Shown one piece after another: positions 1 through 8,400 of a DNA stretch of 25,272 bases. Below the pieces are notes generated by a model, which searched no databases, was not told the origin of the DNA, and was given only the letters and a program-made list of their open reading frames with translations. The stretch is from positions 1-25,272 of the forward strand of contig CAYXDR010000001.1 of assembly GCA_964463515.1 (NCBI GenBank), in the 5' to 3' direction. Numbering within the stretch: the stretch's first letter is position 1; each line of letters starts with the position of its first letter. The translations under genes and the position numbers were made by a program. This DNA is from an uncultured Desulfobacteraceae bacterium. Lineage in GTDB: Bacteria; Desulfobacterota; DSM-4660; Desulfatiglandales; Desulfatiglandaceae.

Positions 1-47
1 TTCACGTCAAAAGTCAAGAGTTTGGTTTTTGGAGGCCCATTTTGGCT

Positions 48-188
48 GCTGAGCCTCTCAAACCGCCCCCGATACAGGTGCATACGGGAGGGACTTCTCA
101 CCGCCGAGGGAGCCCCCTCAAAAGGCTCCCTCGGCTTGCCCCGTGCAGGTGACAACTACCCTGACACAGGGGGCCACACGAGGGCAGC
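48..188. other. Long imperfect inverted-repeat (rod-like) element with a perfect 12-bp core hairpin at 103-135, downstream of the last gene of the cluster
   Basis: GCCGAGGGAGCC (103-114) is the exact reverse complement of GGCTCCCTCGGC (124-135), with a 9-nt loop. Flanking segments can extend the pairing imperfectly (CCCCC/GGGGG, CAGG/CCTG, CTC/GAG). There is no U-tract after the stem on the minus strand, so it is not a canonical intrinsic terminator. Function unknown. Confidence 0.45.
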
Positions 189-208
189 TCGCACGGATCT
201 AGTTCGTT

Positions 209-3200
209 TTATTTAGGATTAAGAAGTTCATGAGCGATTATATCGTAAAATTCTTGTTTTAGTTTCTGTGGCAATTTTCGGAATTGGACTAGCAATCCTT
301 CCACCTTGAGATTCTCAAGACGTTTCTTAATGGTTATTTTCATTTCTTCTATTTTGCCATGATCGTCGGAGGTGAGGTAGATGGGGGCGGCTTCTAACCG
401 CGATAAGAGGCGCTGGCAATTAGCGGCCTCCATATTTTTAATATTTTCCTGAGACAGAAAAACCTCTTCAATCCATTTACTTGAACGTTTTTTTCGATCT
501 GCAAGGATATGTTCCATAAATTTATCATAGATATCTTCAGCATCTCGCCAAAGAGGAAGATCTTCGTCTTTTTCTTCTTCTGAATGGATCTGCCGGATTC
601 TTTCATCCAAGAATTGACGGAGCTCGTTTTCAGACTTTGACAAATCGTTCAAATAAGAGAAGTCCTGTTCAAATTGAGTGAGGCGGTTTTCCATTTTATT
701 CAGTTCCTCGATATCGAGGTCTTCCCCAGAAAAAATTGCCATCAGGTCACGAACTTCAACATGGGCAGCGCGAATATCTTCAATGTTTGAAAAAGTTCTG
801 TCGAAAAACTCATCGCATCGGTTTCGATGCTGTTTTCGCTGCTCTTTGCACGCTTTTTGAAAATCAGAAAGTCTTGCAATAGCTTTGTCAATTTCGGGCA
901 CATCTTTTGATTTTTTTGCTCTTTTCAAATCTTTAGTTAACTCGTTGCAGCGGTCTATCCATTCTCCTAAAGTAGCAATTTTGGATGTATCGGAAACGGT
1001 TTTTCCGACTAAGAACGCCTTGGCTTCATCTACGATAAATGAGACTTTCTGTCGATTTTCCATATCAGCGATGATTTTTTGAGTACGCTCCTCCAACTGA
1101 TTATAGAAATCAGTCAGGCCCAATTCTTTAAGATTGCCGCCGATTTTGTTGATCATTTTGTCTCGAAAACTGTCAATCCTTGCAAAATGGATACAGCTTT
1201 GATTTTGTAGCCATTCTTGAAAAAGACTTTCAACGGCTGCTTTCGCTTGATTGACTATTTGTTCAACTTGTTCCAATTGTTCGTCAGTCCATGCGTTGGA
1301 TTCAGTACTCATCTTTTTATATCGGTGGAGTGCATCTTTGCCAATTCGACTAATATTACCCACATCTTCTTTTTCAAAAGCACTTTGCAGGTATTTTAAT
1401 TCTCTTTCTATGAAATTATCGAACTCTTTTAGCGCTTTTTCAGATCTTTCAGCCTTCTCCTTCAAATTTTTCCATCGTTCAAGTAACAGATCGGACGACA
1501 ATGGAATACGGAGGTTCAACTTTTCTGCATCCCACATAAAATCAACGCATTTAGTATGTTCCGTTTCCGCTGTCCAACGTTCAAGAAGTATTTGCCATTC
1601 ATCTGTGTCGACCTGTTCGATTTCCGTTTCATCTAGTTTTTTTAGATCGAGAAACTTTTTTACAAACGCATTACTTAGCCATACAGACCATGAAATACTT
1701 TCGCCATTCCAAATCAGTGATAGGGATTCTACACGGGGAGATATAAACGAGCCAATCAGCATGCCGGCCGAAGCGATATTGAATCCATAAGGCGGGGCGA
1801 TCAGTTCATGTGCCATTTCACCAAGATTGAGTTTTTGATCTTTTTCAAGCCTCACCTCAAAATTTTCAATAATGTCTCTTAATTGCTGATGCTCAGGATA
1901 CCAGCTAATTCTACCGTTTTCCTTGCTTAACACATGCCACGTTAGGAGCAGCACCTGTTTTGCTCGTCTCTGGAGGTTCTCCTCTCGTCGCGAAAGCCAT
2001 TCTTCGTTCAGACTTCCCCTGAACAGTTCAGCCGTGATCTCCCGGCAGTAATCAGCCGCTTTCCCTTTTGTTGTTTTTAAACCATCGAACGGAAAGGGGA
2101 CGATATTGGGGTAGGTGTTTTCGAAAAGGGATAAGCAGACCTTCTCAATTTGGTAGTTTTTCGGTCGGAAATCCCGCGGAAAAACAAAATTGCCTTCCTG
2201 AATAAGAACCATGAATTCGTTTTGGATTTCCTGTGATACGCGATATTGTTGATCGTCGATAAAATTCTTATATGTTTGTTTTTCTTTCACACTCAAACCA
2301 TCTGAAAGAACCCAATACTCTGCGATCAGGTGCCTAAGTGCATCTGTTTTATCGTGTAGGATTGCGACGAAGACCGGCGCGACGGGAACCTCATTATTTT
2401 CGTTTATTAGCGTGTCTAATGTTCGCGACAGACGCTGGCGTACTTCATCGATCCGAGCGTCAGCGGGAACATAGCAATAGATGAGCTGACCTCTGTGCTG
2501 ATCCGGCCTGACAGCAGCCTGCCAATCCATTACAGCCTGGTTCATATCCTGATCGATGCGCATCCTGTTGGACAGCACTGTCTGAAAACGCCATTCCGAC
2601 GTGATGATATTGTATTCAGCGGCAAATTCCGGATCAATATTCTGATACGTTTCCAAATCAGCCCATTTCCAGAGGTGTAGCGTGAACAGATCCTCGACTT
2701 TATCCAAAGAGATTTCTTTGATCTTTTTGTCCAAAAACCTTGTAAAACGGCTTCGGGGAATCCCCTCGCTGATAATATCGTACCGGACAAAGCGATCATT
2801 CCATTCCAAGACGTTGTATTCATGGGTCAGCTCTTTGGCGATGCGATCGACTTGGGCCTTCGATTGACCGGAAAGATGAGCCAGCGCCTGGTGGTAGTCG
2901 GTTTGATCAACGGCTCGCAGTCCCATTTTATCCGCAACTAGGATCGATAGAAGGACGCGCCGTTCTGTGTCCTTGAAATCATGTTGGTAACGTTCTTCTA
3001 CCGCCGAATAGGCATGGGCAAGCGAGCTGCTAGTAGCGAATTCCTCGGAACCGATCAGTTCCCGCAACAAAGGATCGTTGAGGCCGCGTTCCATCTGAAA
3101 TAGGGCTGTAGCCGGCAGGGTCCAGTCTTCCGGGGATTTATTTAGATTCCGATCCGATTCCTTCCGTAGCAGGGTGTCAATAAAGGTGACAGCAGACCTT

Positions 3201-4540
3201 TGCTGTAGTTGATTCCCTAACCGGGTCAGGAAAAGGGTAGCCATAGGGTGCAATGGCCAACAGCCTTTGACGATGGTCTGGAAAAACGGATCGGTTTCTC
3301 GCCAAACGGCATCTTTGTGGGTTTGGGGAAACCAGCTACCTATGGCGGCATGGATGGCTTCCCATTGATCTTTGGCATTATCAGAAAGTAATCGTTTTTC
3401 AATGAGTGTTGGCTGTTTTTTTTCGATCAGGTGGGCAAACAGAGTTTCCAGGTTCGATGATAGATAGTATTTTCGTGCCGCGTCATACCGACCAACATAT
3501 CTTTGTATTACATTGCGTTTTTCACTGGACACACGAGAAATATAGGTTTTCAGCTCATACTGAATAGTGCAAAGCATGAAACATCGCTCGGCGTTGTCCT
3601 GAACCCCCTCAAATACCTGCTGAAGGGCAGCGTCACCGGCTACATGGGGCTTCTCGATTGCAAACTCTAGGTAACGGCCGAATTCATCGAATAGGATCAC
3701 GAGGCCTTGAAACGGGCCGTTGTCGCCGCAATACTCCTGGCACACTGTAGTGATCAACTGATTGGCGGACTCGGCACCGGATACCCGAATGGACTTCCCG
3801 ATGGCCGCTTCATAAATTCCATTGACCTGTTGAAACGTCGATTCGTTGTGACTTCTTAGATCATGCTGTATTGTCTCTGATTCGATGTCAGGGCCGAATA
3901 CCTTCTCAAATTCTGATCGCCACTTTTCGAAATTTCGTTCGACAAACGCCTCCGCATCCTGGAAGCGTGGCCAGAGATCTTCTACCGGTGTCGTATCCAG
4001 ATTCCTCGCCCGGAGTTGAGCCAGCACCTGTCGACTCAACTCCTCGGCTAGGTTGAAATCTGTCATGCCGTTGATGGGCAACACCAGGAATGGACGGTCC
4101 CAATCATCGACTTGGTTGTGAATCTCTTTTCCAAGAGCAGGGCTAGCATGTTCGATATTGTTGAGGATTACATCTGCGATCGATTCCGACGGCGCAGACA
4201 ACAAGCTGGCCAAGGTCAGGGCATAATGGGATTTTCCTGCTCCATACCCAGCGATGGCCAGGGTGATGGGAAACCGATCATTTCTGCCCGGCGTCATTGC
4301 CGCCAGCAATTCCGAGGTCAGAGAAACCGTGTCGATTAGGGCATAGCTTTTGGCCCCCTCCTTGTCCTCATCTGTGACGCCGAAGTATTCAGGGCCGTGG
4401 AAAACGAAATTGGCACTAGCCAAATCTCTCTTTTGGGGGTCCGTTTCAAACCAGTCGATTTGAACCGCGCCTCCGAAGAAAAGGTCGTGACGAAAGCCGA
4501 TTGCGTCTTTTAATTGGGCCATAGGACCTCCCAAAGACAT
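209..4540 (-). CDS. Large SspC/BrxC-like P-loop ATPase (second copy) with a long K/E-rich helical C-terminus, 1443 aa
   Basis: Walker A AGYGAGKS (about 4229-4252) and Walker B LFDEFG (about 3677-3694). The downstream CWPLHPMAT...QQRSAVTFI block parallels FFPLHPLTA...NDRTLFAFL in the 1156-aa ATPase. It follows a DUF4007 gene. The true start may be the second Met at 4522, which has GGAGG just upstream; the ATG at 4540 has no SD-like sequence. Confidence 0.8.
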   Translation of the reverse strand: MSLGGPMAQLKDAIGFRHDLFFGGAVQIDWFETDPQKRDLASANFVFHGPEYFGVTDEDKEGAKSYALIDTVSLTSELLAAMTPGRNDRFPITLAIAGYGAGKSHYALTLASLLSAPSESIADVILNNIEHASPALGKEIHNQVDDWDRPFLVLPINGMTDFNLAEELSRQVLAQLRARNLDTTPVEDLWPRFQDAEAFVERNFEKWRSEFEKVFGPDIESETIQHDLRSHNESTFQQVNGIYEAAIGKSIRVSGAESANQLITTVCQEYCGDNGPFQGLVILFDEFGRYLEFAIEKPHVAGDAALQQVFEGVQDNAERCFMLCTIQYELKTYISRVSSEKRNVIQRYVGRYDAARKYYLSSNLETLFAHLIEKKQPTLIEKRLLSDNAKDQWEAIHAAIGSWFPQTHKDAVWRETDPFFQTIVKGCWPLHPMATLFLTRLGNQLQQRSAVTFIDTLLRKESDRNLNKSPEDWTLPATALFQMERGLNDPLLRELIGSEEFATSSSLAHAYSAVEERYQHDFKDTERRVLLSILVADKMGLRAVDQTDYHQALAHLSGQSKAQVDRIAKELTHEYNVLEWNDRFVRYDIISEGIPRSRFTRFLDKKIKEISLDKVEDLFTLHLWKWADLETYQNIDPEFAAEYNIITSEWRFQTVLSNRMRIDQDMNQAVMDWQAAVRPDQHRGQLIYCYVPADARIDEVRQRLSRTLDTLINENNEVPVAPVFVAILHDKTDALRHLIAEYWVLSDGLSVKEKQTYKNFIDDQQYRVSQEIQNEFMVLIQEGNFVFPRDFRPKNYQIEKVCLSLFENTYPNIVPFPFDGLKTTKGKAADYCREITAELFRGSLNEEWLSRREENLQRRAKQVLLLTWHVLSKENGRISWYPEHQQLRDIIENFEVRLEKDQKLNLGEMAHELIAPPYGFNIASAGMLIGSFISPRVESLSLIWNGESISWSVWLSNAFVKKFLDLKKLDETEIEQVDTDEWQILLERWTAETEHTKCVDFMWDAEKLNLRIPLSSDLLLERWKNLKEKAERSEKALKEFDNFIERELKYLQSAFEKEDVGNISRIGKDALHRYKKMSTESNAWTDEQLEQVEQIVNQAKAAVESLFQEWLQNQSCIHFARIDSFRDKMINKIGGNLKELGLTDFYNQLEERTQKIIADMENRQKVSFIVDEAKAFLVGKTVSDTSKIATLGEWIDRCNELTKDLKRAKKSKDVPEIDKAIARLSDFQKACKEQRKQHRNRCDEFFDRTFSNIEDIRAAHVEVRDLMAIFSGEDLDIEELNKMENRLTQFEQDFSYLNDLSKSENELRQFLDERIRQIHSEEEKDEDLPLWRDAEDIYDKFMEHILADRKKRSSKWIEEVFLSQENIKNMEAANCQRLLSRLEAAPIYLTSDDHGKIEEMKITIKKRLENLKVEGLLVQFRKLPQKLKQEFYDIIAHELLNPK

Positions 4541-4616
4541 TATGAGCCAAGATGAAAGTGATTCAGGTATTCATATGAATAGCGGCATCATTCCCGATCA
4601 TAGGAAAAATCATAGT

Positions 4617-5456
4617 TTAACTAACAATTCGGGATGTTAAATCCGCTGCCGCCATTTTACGTGTCAACACCCAGGGCTGCATCTGCTTGTCAATGGATAT
4701 AGCTCCGGTTGTCTGAATCGATGTCAGCGCCTGTTCACGTTGGGTATCGTTCCATCCATGAAGTCGTCCCCAAAAAGTTTCAGTCTCTAGATCGGATGCG
4801 GCTGCCTGACGGTCGCCAGGAAAATGCTGGTCCCACAAAGTTAACAGAAACCATGCCCAGCCATTGGCAAACTCGGGTGTTAGTGGGGCCGGGTTACGCC
4901 GCATGACGTTTTTCTCTGTGATGAGCGCACCGGTTTTTTTTAGGGCTGATGGCTCTTCATAAGTGCGTTGAAGGGGGCCGATGAGAGACCTATTTGCGAC
5001 GCCGAAAAGGCCGGATAGGTATTGATCCAGGATCTGACGGTCAAACTGGCGGCCGAGAACATCGCTGCCTGGCCCAAACGTGCGAAACCATATTTCCGCA
5101 CCGCCCCGGCGTCGACATAAATTCAGATGCAACAGCCACTGGTTGACTGCCTCCGATAGCTGGGGATCTTTGCCCAGCAGTGTTTCTCCCCACGCAGTAG
5201 GGCGAACTTGACGGTTCACACCCTTTCCTTTAGTGACAATCAACTCCATTCCCTGAGCGTATTGCAGGATTGAAGGGACTTTGCCGCTGGATTTGCCGGT
5301 AGGGATGCCGGTTTTTTCCGAGATTTGGGTGTTATCGCCATATCCGTCTTCGGCGGCAAACCGGAGCAATGCCGACAGATAATGTCGCTCCGGGACAAAG
5401 GTCTGGTGGAATCTCAATGCGAGACGGTCTTTACTTCTTTTGCCTGTTTCAGTCAT
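4617..5456 (-). CDS. DUF4007-family (SspB-like) protein, second divergent copy, 279 aa
   Basis: N-terminal RFHQTFVP matches the F.HETF motif of DUF4007. KDPQLSEAVNQWLLHLNL parallels WDPYLEDPASLWLLHW in the first copy. The start overlaps the upstream stop (ATGACTGA, 5449-5456). Confidence 0.75.
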   Translation of the reverse strand: MTETGKRSKDRLALRFHQTFVPERHYLSALLRFAAEDGYGDNTQISEKTGIPTGKSSGKVPSILQYAQGMELIVTKGKGVNRQVRPTAWGETLLGKDPQLSEAVNQWLLHLNLCRRRGGAEIWFRTFGPGSDVLGRQFDRQILDQYLSGLFGVANRSLIGPLQRTYEEPSALKKTGALITEKNVMRRNPAPLTPEFANGWAWFLLTLWDQHFPGDRQAAASDLETETFWGRLHGWNDTQREQALTSIQTTGAISIDKQMQPWVLTRKMAAADLTSRIVS

Positions 5457-8400
5457 TATCGCTATCCTTTTTCAATCGTTCTTGAAGAGAGGAGATATGA
5501 ATCTTGAAGATCTTGTTCTCCAGTTCGCCGGCCCCGGGGTTCAAAGTCGGCCCGAGCGAATAGCATTCGCCTCTGTTCAGTTTATTGAGGCGCGCTATCC
5601 ATGTTTCAGCTTTCTCATAACTACCTTGCTCCAGAATCCTTGCGTATTCTTTGACCTCAGTCTCTGCTGGTTTGAAAAAGAGCTTATGGGATGCCTGAAA
5701 AAGACGATCACGTTCTTCGCCCTTGAGATTACTCAGGGTCTGAGTGGCGAGAATCAAAGAGAGGCCGAACTTACGGCCTTCGGTAAGAAATTTCCCCAGG
5801 GGTGCATCTAGTCGATGGTCGAGATTCTGGATTTCGTCCAGAACGATGGGCAGGGGCACATCTTTTCGGCCTGAATTCGCGGCGTAATCATACAGATCCC
5901 ACAGAATGAACTCCGTCGCGATCCGGGCGATGTCCCTAGGAACGCCTGCCAACTGGAGGATATTTGCCCTGACCTCGCCGGAACCATACAACCTGTCCCA
6001 GTTCCCGGCCTCATCCTGCCCGAATAGCTTCATATGCACCATCGGACTCAATTTGTTGGCGAGGGTGAGCCCAGATGCACCCTGTTCCTTCAGCCGTTCC
6101 AGCAGCGCGGGGAATCGGAACTCCGCCCCCTCTTCGTCCAGTCCTGCCGCGATGGTTTCAATCAACACCGCCCGCTGCTGTTCCCCAACGTTCGAGTAAA
6201 CCGAATTGATCACCGTGGCGATGCGCCCCCCTACTGTGTGCGAATCTTCCGGTATGGGATCGAATCCAGTAATTCGCTGCTCTTGCTTTCGGAACGGGTT
6301 AATGGGCAACGGCTTTTGACGGACCAGGTGGGTCTCGGGCTTCAAGATATCGACGACTACGGGCTCCAGATGGTCGGGTAGAAACCCGTTGGTGTAATCG
6401 ACGATGATGGAGTTCTGGCCATTCAATCCCATTTCCAGGAGCAAGGCTTGAATCGCGTAGGTCTTTCCTACTCCGGATTTACCAAAAATAAGGATATGGC
6501 GATTGGTCAGTTCCGGATGCCCGAATTCCCAGTATATCTCCCGTTTGGCATCCGTTACGCCCAAGAAGAGGCGATTCGGCGGCGTGCGAGTTACAGTGGT
6601 CGATATAGGGGAGGTAGTTTCACCCTTTTCTAATGATTCCCCGCCCTCCTGTTGGGAGCCGGGCGTCCCATCATCCTGGTCTTTTGTCTCTGCAGATGCA
6701 GATTCCTCTGCAGGAGAAAGAGTGTCAGAAGGCTCAATGGGTTGTGATGTGGACGCCAAATTTGCGGCCGTTAGCGCTTGAGGAGACGATGTCGGAGGTG
6801 TTTCCGAAGACTTAAGGGGAAGGGCGACAGGGTAGTTGCCGCGGCCGATCCGCCGGATAAGGGCGCCCCCGCAGGAAATGAGCGGAATGGCGATTTCGCA
6901 ACCCTCCTGCTGAAACGACCATACTTCTACCGTTTGAAAGAAGTCGCTATTGTAATAATCGGTGGGTTCCGTCCATATCGTGAGTGCCGCCGCCTTCCAT
7001 TGAATCCGAAACCGCCCTTCGCCCAATGATTCCAGCGCGGTGGTAGCCAATTCAAGCTCCGCATTTTCCACCACTGCCTTGCTGGCGATCAACCGTTGTA
7101 GCTGAGCCCACCAGAAACGTTGATCAAAACGGAAAATCGGACTTGAGCCACTAAACCGGTAAGCGGCCTGATTCGATTCACCGCCTTTGGGCCTAAAACG
7201 GGCAACCAGATGATGCAATCCGTTCTCGAGCTGGGACCGGGCCTTCTGGATATGGCGATTGATATTGCTAGAGATTTTGCATTCCAGAATGGTCGCATGG
7301 ACATCGATGAGCCCATCTTCGGCCAGCGACGCGCTGATTCTTAAGAGATCGGGATACATTTCCCGCCCGCCGCCAATGCTTGTAAACCAGTGGGGAAAGG
7401 CGTCTAGCACGACTAATTCGTCGCAAAGGGTTGGGCCGTTGTGCGCCATTACCGGCAAGCAGCGCCGCACTAGGGCATAGGCAATCAAATCCCTGACCTG
7501 TTCGCCTCTGCCTGTAGCCCGTACCAGAGAGATGCCGGAGAGCTTCCGGGCTTCCCGAACAAGAAATCGCGCCGCGTTTTCGGAATCCACTGGCTCCCAT
7601 GGACCGAACAGGTTGTTGACCCTTTTCTGGATCATCTTTTGTACATCTAGCAGGCTCGCGCGTTCAGTAGAGAGGGTGTAGTTCAATTCACCATGCGTGC
7701 CGACCCCGGAGGCAAAACCGATGATCTCCCTTTTACCCTCACTCTGAGCGTCAAGGCTCCCTTTTTGGATCAGCCGTGTGTCCACCGACGGGTCCAGGCA
7801 AAGGACCCATGAAGCATTCCGGTGCATCTGATCCACTATTTTTGCCCAGGGCGTGAAATCGCTCTGGCTGAGGACGATGTGCTCCCGGTCAGGGGGAACG
7901 TCCGAACTCCACAAGCGAACACTTAATTCTGAATGGAGTGCAGCCAGCCGGAACCGCCGGTTGCTGATGATGCGTGATCGGAGGTTTGGGAATGATTGGC
8001 GCTTGTCTTCGCACCGGGGCGCTTCTAGAATGGGAAACTTGAGAAGGTGATCGAGATCCGGTTTATATGGAGAAGTCTTTTCATAATTTAAAGACGGTTC
8101 GCCGGTATCCATAAAACGGGTGAGGACAGCGATATCGACGTTCGCTGCTCCATTTTTCATCAGGATCAAGTAATCGTCAGGCTGGGTGATCACCTTCTGC
8201 GAAACGGAAAGACGGCAGTTTTGATAAAATTCATAGCGCGTGGCCCCTTCAGCTGGATCCCAGCGTTTTCTCCATTCGCTAAGCCACCGGGAGACCTCGC
8301 CGCTTTCTGCTACGTGCATGAAAAGGGAGAGGGAAAGATGGTACGGTGGATAATCCCGGGCTTCTTCGGCCCGTTCCTTCTTTAATTTTTGGTGGAGAAA

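Noticed and set aside
1-20. TTGACT/TTGACG -35-like hexamers on the minus strand
   Set aside because: Any matching -10 box and downstream gene would lie outside the window, so this cannot be supported.
51-170. Resemblance to group II intron domain V, TPP or glycine riboswitch, HEARO/IS605 end, or 6S RNA
   Set aside because: Only short fragments match (CCGTATGC...CGGTT, TGAGA, CGCCGAGGGAGC, CAACTACCC). The catalytic triad, required stems and associated RT/TnpB/IscB genes are missing.
22-216. 64-aa plus-strand ORF
   Set aside because: No RBS or motif, and it coincides with the inverted-repeat element.
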